Virus record (IMG/VR): IMGVR_UViG_3300009008_000005
Span: 32,001-96,000 of that record
Reading direction: 5' to 3' (one strand)
Length of the DNA: 64,000 nucleotides
Source: a virus
The notes beneath the pieces are model-generated. The model worked only from the letters and a program-made list of their open reading frames with translations, had not been told where the DNA came from and did not search any database. Position numbers and translations under genes: made by a program. Shown here in pieces: positions 10,494 through 19,697 of this stretch (its first letter is position 1; each line of letters opens with the position of its first letter).

Positions 10494-10961
10494 CTAGGCC
10501 CCCGGAATCTTCAGCTTGCGAAGACCTGAGTATATGCCATAGCGGAAGCCTGCTGTCTTCTCCATGTTCTCGAAGATCCCGTGCTTGACGGGGTTCTTGA
10601 ACCCCATCTTGTTTCCGAGCTTCCTGCTGCCTTTATTCGTGTGGACGTACTGCCACTTCCAGCGCTTCACTTCAGGGTGCTTCTTCATAAGGAAGGAAAC
10701 GGCTTTCTCACCAAGACCCTGCCTACGGTATTTCGGCGAAATACCTACGCCAACGAAAGCGGATTTGCTGGAATAAACCTTCTGCTTCTTGTAAGGCCTC
10801 GTAAGCTCTACGAAGCCCATCCACTTCCCTCCATCATATAACCCGTAACCCGTCCGGGCACCTTTAGGTGGGGCTGGGATCGTACCATGACCTGGGAAGT
10901 TTCCTGACTTTACCTTTAGGGCGGAAGCTTTCTTCCTGTCATAGGGGCCTATGCGAATCAC
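10494..10961 (-). CDS. GNAT-family acetyltransferase (start reassigned to GTG 10961)
   Basis: Motif A ISPKYRRQGLG and NKGSRKLGNKMGF; GGAGGA RBS before GTG 10961; the longer ORF would overlap a plus-strand gene. Confidence 0.8.
   Translation of the reverse strand: MIRIGPYDRKKASALKVKSGNFPGHGTIPAPPKGARTGYGLYDGGKWMGFVELTRPYKKQKVYSSKSAFVGVGISPKYRRQGLGEKAVSFLMKKHPEVKRWKWQYVHTNKGSRKLGNKMGFKNPVKHGIFENMEKTAGFRYGIYSGLRKLKIPGA
10729..10743. repeat. Dispersed palindrome TATTTCGGCGAAATA (inside GNAT CDS)
   Basis: Read directly. Confidence 0.85.
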
Positions 10962-11076
10962 GTAAAGTCCTCCGTTCTCAGGCTCTATTATGCAAAACAG
11001 TTCAGTGGGTTGTCCACAAAACTCCCAGACTTCCCGGTAGAAGAACTTCGGACCCATCCATACCAAGGAGGAAAGT

Positions 11077-11265
11077 ATGGAAGATTTCAAGATGCCGAAG
11101 AATGGCTTTGTGCTTGTAGTAACGCCGGAAGGTGTACGCACCAGCTGCCGTGGGCACCTGGGGCAGGCATGCAAAAGGAAGCTCCTAGGGAAGCATATTC
11201 CCAACTCCAGGGCCTTCTCCCATGAGGTGTCGAAGCGAGTCGACAACAGGAGCTTCAGGAAGTAG
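11077..11265 (+). CDS. Small basic hypothetical protein
   Basis: GGAGG RBS; 62-aa ORF. Confidence 0.55.
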   Translation: MEDFKMPKNGFVLVVTPEGVRTSCRGHLGQACKRKLLGKHIPNSRAFSHEVSKRVDNRSFRK

Positions 11266-11344
11266 CCCAGAGGACCTAATGGAGAACCAGGCTGCGGCCT
11301 GGTTTTCTTACCCCCTGAAAAGTGCAAAAAACGGCCCACTACCT

Positions 11345-11391
11345 GAGATAAGAATAGTGAACCCCAACCACGTACTAGGAGGTACATCATG
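11345..11391 (+). promoter_or_regulatory. Phage promoter-RBS cassette (GAGATAAGAATAGTGAACCCC...GGAGGTACATCATG)
   Basis: Near-identical copy at 11870-11914 and a similar one at 36030-36075. Confidence 0.75.
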
Positions 11392-11784
11392 GGTGACCAG
11401 ACGAAAAAGGCGAAGATCTATGAGGCGAAGCGCTCCTGCCGGATCGACATCCAGCTGCAGAAGGGCATCATGAAGCTGGCCCGCAAGGCGCTCACCGTGG
11501 ACTTCAAGATCTGGCGGGCGTCTCGCAAGGCGCAGCGCAAGGGCGAGATCTTCGAGGCGAAGGGCAAGACCGCCGAGGCGGCGGCTCTGGCGACGGCGAC
11601 CGAGAAGGCCACCGAGGAGATCAAGGCCAAGGTCGACGAGAAGTTCGCTGCGAAGCGGGCGAAGCTCGACGAGAAGGTGGCGAAGGCCCGGGGGAAGATG
11701 GACGAGAAGATCGCCAAGATCATGACCGTCAAGGAGGAGACTCCGGCCCCGACCCTCGTCCCGGACCCCGAGCCCGCCAAGTAG
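11389..11784 (+). CDS. Lys/Ala-rich helical hypothetical protein (standalone cassette)
   Basis: Own ATAAGAA promoter, GGAGGT RBS and downstream hairpin; GC3-rich codons. Confidence 0.8.
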   Translation: MGDQTKKAKIYEAKRSCRIDIQLQKGIMKLARKALTVDFKIWRASRKAQRKGEIFEAKGKTAEAAALATATEKATEEIKAKVDEKFAAKRAKLDEKVAKARGKMDEKIAKIMTVKEETPAPTLVPDPEPAK

Positions 11785-11808
11785 AGCGGTTCGACGAGAG
11801 ACACGATT

Positions 11809-11835
11809 GGGACAGGGGGCTGCGGCCCCCGTCCC
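11809..11835 (+). terminator. Hairpin terminator after 11389
   Basis: GGGGGC-TGCG-GCCCCC stem-loop. Confidence 0.6.
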
Positions 11836-11869
11836 CGTGTCTTCTTAGTGCAAAAACTAGCCAAAAAAA

Positions 11870-11914
11870 GAGATAAGAATAGTGAACCCCTAGCGTACCT
11901 GGAGGTACATCATG
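11870..11914 (+). promoter_or_regulatory. Phage promoter-RBS cassette, second copy
   Basis: Same motif as 11345. Confidence 0.75.
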
Positions 11915-12388
11915 AAAGAGTCAACGAAAAATTTCTGGAATGGCGTTGGTAGCGTCCTGGGCGGAGCCCTCAGCATGGCAGCTAAGGTCAACCGTGAGGT
12001 CGGTCGGCAGGAAGGGATGCGGACCGTCCGCAACACCCACACCACCGTCCACCACACCACTCCCGTGATCGAGCAGCGCACCGTCATCGTGGGTGGTGGC
12101 CTGGGCTCTGACCTGGCCATGATCATGCAGGCCCGCCAGGACAACATGCGGTCCATCGGCCGGATGTGGGAGGACTCCTGGAGCCACGACTCCGCCCGCC
12201 ACCTGATGCGGGATTCGGCCACCGACCTCAAGGCCCTCCTGCAGAGCCGCCCCGAGTGCAACGCTCTTCTGGCCACCATCAAGGTGCAGGAGATGGATGC
12301 GCTGATCGAGGGTTACGAATCGGCGGGTGGTGACTGGAGCCACGAGAAGCAGTCGCTGCGTCGGTTGTACGAGCGCTGCCACCGGTAG
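11912..12388 (+). CDS. Hypothetical protein (standalone cassette)
   Basis: Promoter/RBS nearly identical to that of 11389; downstream hairpin. Confidence 0.8.
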   Translation: MKESTKNFWNGVGSVLGGALSMAAKVNREVGRQEGMRTVRNTHTTVHHTTPVIEQRTVIVGGGLGSDLAMIMQARQDNMRSIGRMWEDSWSHDSARHLMRDSATDLKALLQSRPECNALLATIKVQEMDALIEGYESAGGDWSHEKQSLRRLYERCHR

Positions 12389-12444
12389 AGAGGGACCCGG
12401 GTGGGGAACGGGGGTGGGCGAAAGCCCTTCCCCCTTCCCTTTAC

Positions 12445-14913
12445 CTAGATGGCATCCCCAAGGGCTTTGTCCACACCTGTAGTCTTGGCCATAGAACGTA
12501 TGGCACGGACTCTCTTGAATCTCTTTATCCGATCCATGAGGGTCTTCTTGGAGAGGAGGGGCTCCTTCCGTTTCTTTAGAGCTGAGTGCACGAAGGGGAT
12601 AGCCGCTGCGCCTGCGGCTGCGGGGAGCGTGTACTTACGGAGCTTCCGTAGGCCCTTGAGCTTCTTGGCTGCACCTCCAGCCGAAGCGAAGTCGACGACT
12701 TTACCCTTGGACTTTGACTTCAAGGATCTCTTGGCCAGGGCCTCTGCACCGAACTGTGCTCCTGCACCGGCCCCACCGATAGCTGCTCCCGTAGCGAGAT
12801 TTTTCTTGAGTGTTTTCTTCTGCTCGGGAGAGGCCTTACGGACCTTCTTCAGGACCTTCTTACCGCCCTTCACTCCCAGGTAACCACCGTACGAACCTGC
12901 CAGGGCCCCGCCCATGGCTCCAAGGGTGGCTCCGCCCACGGTAGGAATCTTTCCTTTCTTGGCCCTGTTCTCCATTACCTTCAAGGCGGTCAATGCACCT
13001 GCAAGGGAACCACCAGTGGCTCCGAACTGCTCACCAAGAGTCGGGTCTGGGGGGCTGGCGGCTGTCTTCTCTAGTGGGAGAAGGCGTGTGGGTCGCCTAC
13101 GAGACGGGTCAAAGTTGGAGAGGGCCTTATTCGACCAACTTTTGAAAGATGACCGGGGGACCAAAATTTCGTTTACCAAACCATCCCCACCACCGAGAAT
13201 CTTGTTCCTTGGAACATTGAATGAGAGAGTACCGCCCCCGGGACGTTGGCCGTATGGAGCGCTGTGGTGGAAAGCATACCCTTTCTTTGGGTTCGCCTCA
13301 AAGGCGTATAGACCGCCCTGGGCAGCACGAGTTTGTCCAGGAATTACATGCTGGGAAGTAAACCTGGTGCCCGGTGTAGATGTCCCAGCTAAACGCAGGT
13401 CTGAGGCTTCGCCACCAGAGACAACACGGACGGGCTCCTTAGAACGTGAGTACGAGCGAGCACTCGGACTGTAAGGACTACCAACCCCGGTGCCCTCTAA
13501 CTCCGGTACCTTCCCTGTTCTTTTCCACGTCTTGTAGGATTCAAGTCTTTGCTTCAACGGTACATAGGGATCGGATTTTGCGTTGACTCTTCTGGTGCGC
13601 CGAACCAGTTTTTTCAGCTTAGGTAAATCCCTCTCCGCTATTACCTTCTTAGCTTGGTGTTGCGTCATAGGGGACGGGGCAGACTTACGTAGCGTGGAGA
13701 CCAAACTGTCAAATAAGTTGAACGCAGCCCTGGGGGCCTTTGCTAGGGAAGCAATCTTGACCTTCTTCCCACGCTTCCGTCCATCATGGACCCAGCGCCA
13801 GAACTGGCCAATGTTCATCACAGAGTGGTCTTGGTAAAATCCTCGGCTGTTGTACTGCTTTCGGTAGGCTTTGAGCGCAGTCTGGACATCATTGAAGCCC
13901 AGCATGACCTTGTCTTCGTCATACTTTTTGGTCTTGGGGTCTTGCTGATGTACAACCACCACAAGGGGCGAATCTGCATTCTTCCCGACGTAGACGTCGA
14001 GCTTGTCCCCATCCTTGCCTTCCGTACCCCGGATCTCACCATAGTGGTGATGCATGAAGGTCTTCCAAGGTTTTCCATCAGGATCCTTTCCGGAGCGTGA
14101 GGAACCACGCTTGTTCTCAACGTCGATCTTCAGTCCTTGGAAATCTACGTAGCCCTGGAAGGGCCACTTCTTCCTCTTGGCTTTTGGCGGAGCAAGAGGC
14201 ACACGTGAGTTACCGGTGGGGACCTTCACAGCAGAGGACTCCTTCTTGAGGAGATTAGCCTTCAGGTCGCTCACTCCCTTCCCTACGAGTGCGGACCCCC
14301 CAGCAAGACCAGCTATGCCTGCACCGAACCTACCCGGCTTCCTCTTGATGTACTTCGGTAGGCCCTTGGCTAGTTCCTTCACGAGACCAAGGCGCTTACG
14401 ATGCTTCGACTTATGGATGTACTTAGGGTCGATAGTTTCCGTCGTAGTAGCTGCGATGTTCTTCCGGACCGACTTGGGAATATCATTAGGAGGTCTCATG
14501 TCCTGATCAAGCTTGAACTTTTCCCACCGGGAGTCCGGTATCGTAGCCGTTATGACTCTCTTATTTGCGGTGGGGTCAAAAGCCTTGAGCAAAGGGAGTT
14601 TGTCCGTAGATTTCTCCTTTTTGAGCTTTTCCGTCAGTCCAGCGAACATCCTAGCAAGGGTTTTGCTCTTGGTTACGTGGACTTTCCCCTTGCTCCTATC
14701 CTTGAAGTACTCGTCTATTGTGGCCGCTCCTGTACCGCCCTTGGCAGGGCTTAGACCCTCAGACAGGATAGAAGGAATGTTCTTACCATCACCCGTACCA
14801 TGATACACCTTGTGCGCCCCTACCGTACGTCGTAAGGACGACGGTAGGAGAGCCGCTCCTGTACCTAAGGCAACAGCGCTGCCTGGAAGGCCTAAACGAT
14901 CCCTCTCGGCCAT
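12445..14913 (-). CDS. Multidomain protein: ART-fold domain + inorganic-pyrophosphatase-like (InPase) domain + second ART-like domain + glycine zippers
   Basis: YHGT..SILSEGL..KVHVT..ARMFA..IDPKYI; GLKIDVEN..HYGEIRGTEGKDGDKLDVYVG..YDEDKVMLGF; GGLYAF..LSFNVP..NEILVP; GxxxG-rich C-terminus. Confidence 0.75.
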   Translation of the reverse strand: MAERDRLGLPGSAVALGTGAALLPSSLRRTVGAHKVYHGTGDGKNIPSILSEGLSPAKGGTGAATIDEYFKDRSKGKVHVTKSKTLARMFAGLTEKLKKEKSTDKLPLLKAFDPTANKRVITATIPDSRWEKFKLDQDMRPPNDIPKSVRKNIAATTTETIDPKYIHKSKHRKRLGLVKELAKGLPKYIKRKPGRFGAGIAGLAGGSALVGKGVSDLKANLLKKESSAVKVPTGNSRVPLAPPKAKRKKWPFQGYVDFQGLKIDVENKRGSSRSGKDPDGKPWKTFMHHHYGEIRGTEGKDGDKLDVYVGKNADSPLVVVVHQQDPKTKKYDEDKVMLGFNDVQTALKAYRKQYNSRGFYQDHSVMNIGQFWRWVHDGRKRGKKVKIASLAKAPRAAFNLFDSLVSTLRKSAPSPMTQHQAKKVIAERDLPKLKKLVRRTRRVNAKSDPYVPLKQRLESYKTWKRTGKVPELEGTGVGSPYSPSARSYSRSKEPVRVVSGGEASDLRLAGTSTPGTRFTSQHVIPGQTRAAQGGLYAFEANPKKGYAFHHSAPYGQRPGGGTLSFNVPRNKILGGGDGLVNEILVPRSSFKSWSNKALSNFDPSRRRPTRLLPLEKTAASPPDPTLGEQFGATGGSLAGALTALKVMENRAKKGKIPTVGGATLGAMGGALAGSYGGYLGVKGGKKVLKKVRKASPEQKKTLKKNLATGAAIGGAGAGAQFGAEALAKRSLKSKSKGKVVDFASAGGAAKKLKGLRKLRKYTLPAAAGAAAIPFVHSALKKRKEPLLSKKTLMDRIKRFKRVRAIRSMAKTTGVDKALGDAI

Positions 14914-14918
14914 GGGGC

Positions 14919-15350
14919 CTAATCCTTCTTGAAACGGTCGATGTACTTCTTCTTCGCTTCAGGCGTGACCTTGCTACGGAATGGGCCCATCTGGATTCCC
15001 TTCTCCGCCAGGAGGTTACGATCTGTGAGGTACTGGCCTACGCCAGCGCCTCCGGACATCCCGAGAAGGCCACCTAGGATTGCACCAACAGCTCCACCCT
15101 TCCCGGAGCCCTTCCCGATTACTGAACCGAGACCGGCACCACCGAGGGCACCTAGGCCCATACCCCCAAAGGTACCCTTGAGTCGTCGCAGGTAGACCTC
15201 TGGGGAAACTACCACCTTCCCGAGACCCTTATCACCAGCACGCATGGCTCTGTTACTAGACAGGAACGAATCCTTTAGTCCTAGCTGCTCCATGTCCTTG
15301 CGGTTCTTCAACTCTTTGTAGGCTTTCGATGCGAGTTTCAGCTTGCTCAT
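14919..15350 (-). CDS. Glycine-zipper membrane-active protein
   Basis: GGMGLGALGGAGLG..GAVGAILGGLLG; GGAGG RBS before ATG 15350; N-terminal KLAS. Confidence 0.7.
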   Translation of the reverse strand: MSKLKLASKAYKELKNRKDMEQLGLKDSFLSSNRAMRAGDKGLGKVVVSPEVYLRRLKGTFGGMGLGALGGAGLGSVIGKGSGKGGAVGAILGGLLGMSGGAGVGQYLTDRNLLAEKGIQMGPFRSKVTPEAKKKYIDRFKKD

Positions 15351-15360
15351 GAGATCCTCC

Positions 15361-16782
15361 TCACTTGATGTTCTTCTCCACATGCCAATCCGAGAAGCTC
15401 GCCTTCGACAAAGCCCCGGACTCGTACTGCTTCTCTGCAGTCACTCGGGCCACTAGACCCACATACCGCTTCTTATTCTGCCATAGATCTTCACGCAATG
15501 CATCATTCAGCCCTGTGCCTACCTTCCCCACAATAGGTCCATGACGGGTCAGGGAATAAGAGAATCCTCCTGCTGCCTTGCCTGCATATTTACCACCACC
15601 TGGGAAGATCTCCCGTACATAGACATCGTGCTCATACCTGAGCTTCGACTTCACAGGACCCTTATCTGTCCAGAGGACAACACCTTCTCTCGTAAGGGGG
15701 TGCTTCCCTGAACCGATGGAATCTAATAGCTTCGACTTGTCCTTCGGTGAGGTAGCTACAGGGGCAACACCTAGGACAGGGTATTTCGCTGAAATAGTAT
15801 GTAGAAGCTGCAGCCTTTCCTTATACGGTAACTTCGTAACATCGTGGCCATTGATCTTCACTGCGTCGAAAAGGAAGATCTTCGTCTTGGCCTTAGCCTC
15901 TGCTTGGATGTGGAGGCTGTTGATGACGGTAGCGTTCAACATACCTCCCACCTTCTCAGGAGGCAGAGGGACTCCGTCTGGACCTATGGCCAGAACCTCC
16001 CCACGGAGGATAGTTGGACCCTTCCCACCCTTGGCCTTCGTAGCGTATAAGTCCTTGATCTTGTGGGTATATTCTAAAAGGTCACCGGTCTTGGACTCCC
16101 TGGTGGAGAAGGCCCGTATCCGCTTCCCAGGTCGCATTAGGACAAGGGCATGCGCCCCATCGAGTTTGGCTCCGACGATGACGTCATCCCTGTTGACGAT
16201 CTCGTCACGCTGAGGTGTCTTCCACCCGATCTCCTTGTACTTCGGCCTGCCCCTAGGGGTTTCCTTCTTGGGGGCCGTCATGTTCACAAGGATCCAATTC
16301 TTCTTCCCTATATGGAGCAGTGCGAAGTCTTCCGTGCTCTTCCCACGGGTCACGGAGAACACGACCTTCTTCTCATCGGACGAATGTATGATGGCGTGGG
16401 AGTACTGCTTCAGGAATACCTTGCCTTGGCCGTACCCTGTCTCAAGCCTCCCCTCGAAGGGCATGTAGTCGTTCTTGTGCGTGAACGTCTGCATGACCAA
16501 TGTGCTCTTCCCTGGGGGAGGGAGAGTGAAGTCCTTCCCCTTCAGGGAGTGCCAGCTATGCGCCTTACCTGAAGGGTCACCCAAACGAAGGTCGAAGTGC
16601 TTCCCGGACTTCTTGGCATGGTGCTCCTGGAGCCCGAAAAGCCACACTTCTCCCCTCGCTGTCGGGATGGGGTGTGTGGTCTTGCTGTAGGGCCCTTCCT
16701 TTAGGTCACGGGTATGCGGCCGGACGTAGACGGTCTTGCCTTTGAGCTTCCGGCTATGCCCATCTACTTGTGTGCGGCCCAT
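15361..16782 (-). CDS. ATP-dependent DNA ligase with N-terminal LigD-type 3'-phosphoesterase domain
   Basis: PE motifs QEHHA..HFDLRL..SW..H..Y..FEG..GYGQG; ligase motifs KLDG, RGEV, FLFDAV, EGVV; OB domain GKVGTG. Confidence 0.88.
   Translation of the reverse strand: MGRTQVDGHSRKLKGKTVYVRPHTRDLKEGPYSKTTHPIPTARGEVWLFGLQEHHAKKSGKHFDLRLGDPSGKAHSWHSLKGKDFTLPPPGKSTLVMQTFTHKNDYMPFEGRLETGYGQGKVFLKQYSHAIIHSSDEKKVVFSVTRGKSTEDFALLHIGKKNWILVNMTAPKKETPRGRPKYKEIGWKTPQRDEIVNRDDVIVGAKLDGAHALVLMRPGKRIRAFSTRESKTGDLLEYTHKIKDLYATKAKGGKGPTILRGEVLAIGPDGVPLPPEKVGGMLNATVINSLHIQAEAKAKTKIFLFDAVKINGHDVTKLPYKERLQLLHTISAKYPVLGVAPVATSPKDKSKLLDSIGSGKHPLTREGVVLWTDKGPVKSKLRYEHDVYVREIFPGGGKYAGKAAGGFSYSLTRHGPIVGKVGTGLNDALREDLWQNKKRYVGLVARVTAEKQYESGALSKASFSDWHVEKNIK
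15782..15796. repeat. Dispersed palindrome TATTTCGCTGAAATA (inside ligase CDS)
   Basis: Read directly. Confidence 0.85.
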
Positions 16783-17067
16783 TTCTACCCCCAGGATCCA
16801 TCGATTATAGCTCTGCAACTACGTATGGACAAGGTGGTATAAGGATATTGCAAGCGAACGGTGATGCTTGTCACCTCCAGCGTCAAGGTTCCGTCCGCTT
16901 GCACACATCCTCCAAGGCAGGAGGGGTTCACTGTGCGGAGAGGTCCAGGGTTGATTCGCCTCTAGGCGTCCCCTGGACCTCTTCTTACCTGGTGTCCGGA
17001 TACCCCTTTCGGCTTCACTATTGCTGTAGTATAATTGACCCCGACCTCGTACCCGAAGGAGAAAGAA

Positions 17068-17499
17068 ATGACAGAGAGGATCCGTCTTCCCGATGAAAGG
17101 TCTGCGGTTGTAAAGAAGCTCAAGTTCGGAGAAGAACTGCATCTATATCTGATCATCGGCCTGTACGAAGACGGAAGTCCTGGCGAAATTCTTATCCGAG
17201 GGTTGAAGGAAGGGTCCATAGTGTCTGGACTCCTGAACACCTTCGCTCGTGTGTTCAGTACAGCACTACAGTTTGGTGTTCCCCTGGAGCAACTCCTCTC
17301 CAGCATCAAACATCTAAGATTCGAGCCTATGGGAATGACTGGTGATCCGGAGACCCCTATGGCCTTCTCTGTGGTCGACTACATAGCTCGATACATGTCG
17401 AGGAAGTTCCTTCCTCAGGAGAATACAAATGATCAAGGAAGCGAGGTTACTAGCCCTGGGACCGTTCCGGAAGGATCTGACGAGGTTCCTACCCCATAA
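17068..17499 (+). CDS. Standalone TSCPD domain (class II ribonucleotide reductase C-terminal/NrdJb-like)
   Basis: LYLIIGLYEDGSPGEI..SxALQFGVP..RFEPxG..SVVDYIARY motif. Confidence 0.8.
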   Translation: MTERIRLPDERSAVVKKLKFGEELHLYLIIGLYEDGSPGEILIRGLKEGSIVSGLLNTFARVFSTALQFGVPLEQLLSSIKHLRFEPMGMTGDPETPMAFSVVDYIARYMSRKFLPQENTNDQGSEVTSPGTVPEGSDEVPTP

Positions 17500-17743
17500 G
17501 TCAGCCTACTATACCAATGCGAAGGAAGGCCTGCTCGTAGAGACCGAACTTTTTGTCTGTACCACAGCACAAGCCAGCCTAGATCTTGCGGAGCTGCTGA
17601 ACGTGGACCCAACAGATTGTAGCACGCACGAGATATCCCCTATGGCTGTCGACGTCCGGGACCTGGGTAAGTTCGAGGACGAGATCGAGAAGTTCATCAA
17701 ACTTGTAGGGGCGGAGTTCTCCTTCGTCTTTTCCTTCCGATGA
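17429..17743 (+). CDS. Hypothetical protein
   Basis: 104-aa ORF, coupled to the next gene. Confidence 0.6.
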   Translation: MIKEARLLALGPFRKDLTRFLPHKSAYYTNAKEGLLVETELFVCTTAQASLDLAELLNVDPTDCSTHEISPMAVDVRDLGKFEDEIEKFIKLVGAEFSFVFSFR

Positions 17744-18183
17744 GCGTGTATGTAGAGGCCTTCGATAGTGAGGAGACCTGGAACGGATTCCGATTCCCCC
17801 TTCAAAGCTACAGCGTATCCAGACCCCTAACAAGAACACTAATGTCCCACAGATCCCAAAAAGCTACTTTAGGTTTTGCACCGATGTCCCTGTCCGCCCA
17901 TGATGCCATGGCAAACACCTTCATGAATAAGGTATATGCAATACGTATCGTGGATGAAGACCAACCCCTGGGGATCTACCTGCGTGGAGTAACCCCAGTT
18001 AGTGCTAGCGCTCAAAACGTCTATGAGTTCTACGTAGACCAGATCTCCACGTATGAACTTCCGGTGCGCACCGAGTCTGCGGAAGTACCTGAACCACCTG
18101 AACCTGTGCCACCTACTAGGCTCGAACGCTTGCGAAGAAGGAGAGAAGGTCATGGGGAGGCTAGAGAGACTAAAGAGACGTAA
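17740..18183 (+). CDS. Hypothetical protein
   Basis: 147-aa ORF with ATGA coupling. Confidence 0.6.
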   Translation: MSVYVEAFDSEETWNGFRFPLQSYSVSRPLTRTLMSHRSQKATLGFAPMSLSAHDAMANTFMNKVYAIRIVDEDQPLGIYLRGVTPVSASAQNVYEFYVDQISTYELPVRTESAEVPEPPEPVPPTRLERLRRRREGHGEARETKET

Positions 18184-18688
18184 CGACCCTTCTGTGTCCT
18201 CTATCCTCAGGGAAGGTAGAAAGAAAGACACACGGCCTACAGAGAAGCAGTTCCATGCAAACGCCCAACTTGAACACTTTGACGATAACTTCCGTGTGAC
18301 CTGCATACGGACGAGAACCCAATTCATTGGGGACACCTACCAGGCCAGGGTTACTCTGTACGAATCCGTGCGTCCCACGTTGTACATGCACCTCCCTGGG
18401 GTTACGTCAGGATTCCTGGTGGAAAGCCTTCACGGGAACAAGATGGGCTTTATCTACACCACACGACCTATCCCCAATGGAAGTGGTAAGGGCTTGTCCA
18501 ACCGGATGCTGTGGTGGGGGAAGTACATCGGGAGAGCAATGCATACATCCATACCCTACTCAAACCAGTACGCACAGGCTTCCCCCGGTAAAGAGCGGGA
18601 GGAAATCCTGGATGACTTTTTGCTGCACCTATCGGATCAAGGTATCTACCCACCCGTACCTATGGACGCTCGACAAACCACCGTGTAA
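18152..18688 (+). CDS. Hypothetical protein
   Basis: ORF; start set at MGRLER after a GGAG RBS. Confidence 0.6.
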   Translation: MGRLERLKRRNDPSVSSILREGRKKDTRPTEKQFHANAQLEHFDDNFRVTCIRTRTQFIGDTYQARVTLYESVRPTLYMHLPGVTSGFLVESLHGNKMGFIYTTRPIPNGSGKGLSNRMLWWGKYIGRAMHTSIPYSNQYAQASPGKEREEILDDFLLHLSDQGIYPPVPMDARQTTV

Positions 18689-18700
18689 CCTTCCACCGAG

Positions 18701-18715
18701 TATTTCGACGAAATA
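18701..18715. repeat. Dispersed palindrome TATTTCGACGAAATA (intergenic)
   Basis: Read directly. Confidence 0.85.
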
Positions 18716-18729
18716 CTTTATGAGGAGCT

Positions 18730-19014
18730 TTGATGAAAGCCAACTGGATATTCATGGACCCCAAGTCGCTACAAGAACTCTTCGGAACAGACGACCTGTG
18801 GGCCCTAGCTCAAACCTGCATAGACAATGAGGAGCTTCCTCCGGTTGGTCTGGTGCAGGACCTAACCTCACCCGACGAGGTGAGCGGGTGGCACATAGGT
18901 GTCGTAGACGCTCTGCAGGAATCTGCTGCCCGTGCGAACTACCGTGCTGTGGACAGTAAGAAGAAGTTGCGGGCGATGAAGACGAAGCTTCTTGGGAAGC
19001 TGAAGGATAAGTAA
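18730..19014 (+). CDS. Hypothetical protein
   Basis: GAGGAG RBS; TAATG coupling to the next gene. Confidence 0.65.
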   Translation: MMKANWIFMDPKSLQELFGTDDLWALAQTCIDNEELPPVGLVQDLTSPDEVSGWHIGVVDALQESAARANYRAVDSKKKLRAMKTKLLGKLKDK

Positions 19015-19697
19015 TGGAGACGGTGTACAAAGCAGTCCTAGAGGACTCATCCGGCGGCGTATGGTCGATGATGAGTGGAGTGTACAAGTACTACAAGAAC
19101 CGCTGGATGATAGCCCCCATCGGTGGTTTCCTGTGCTACTCTTCTCTGGAAGCTGCACAGATGTTCTGGCTCCCCAACAGCACAATCTGGGAGTGTAGGG
19201 CAGAGGAAGAGCTAGATCTTCCTGTACGCATCACCAACTTCGGGGTCGTATCGGAACCGGATGTGGTCGAGGCAGCATGGGACCCGATGCTACATGACGA
19301 GCTGTCCAATGATCTCCTATACAAGAACCCCAGGATCTGGGAAGAAGGGACAGTAGCCTACAAGAGGCTGATCCTGACCAAAAAGGTGTTCCCACCCGAG
19401 GGTGACCACCCAGTCATTGCAGACTTGTACGAAAGGTTCGACAAGAATCCGGAACTTAGTACAACTGACATGACGATGTCTCTGACCTTCACGCTCCTGG
19501 ATGAGGTGGTGAACAACACGGTCGCCTCCTATCTCGCAGAGAGTAGGGATGTCCTAGGACGAACAGTGTCCGACCTCACGAAAAGGCTCATAGCTGGACT
19601 GACCCAGTGGCGGAATGTTCGACGAGAGATTCTTCACATGGAGAACTCAACAGGAGACGACAGCAACGTCGTCCAACTGATCACTCCCGACTCGTAG
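19014..19697 (+). CDS. Hypothetical protein
   Basis: 227-aa ORF. Confidence 0.65.
   Translation: METVYKAVLEDSSGGVWSMMSGVYKYYKNRWMIAPIGGFLCYSSLEAAQMFWLPNSTIWECRAEEELDLPVRITNFGVVSEPDVVEAAWDPMLHDELSNDLLYKNPRIWEEGTVAYKRLILTKKVFPPEGDHPVIADLYERFDKNPELSTTDMTMSLTFTLLDEVVNNTVASYLAESRDVLGRTVSDLTKRLIAGLTQWRNVRREILHMENSTGDDSNVVQLITPDS

Noticed and set aside
10962-11390. N-terminal extension of the GNAT ORF given in the track
   Set aside because: It overlaps a plus-strand gene and promoter; a GTG with strong RBS at 10961 is the better start.
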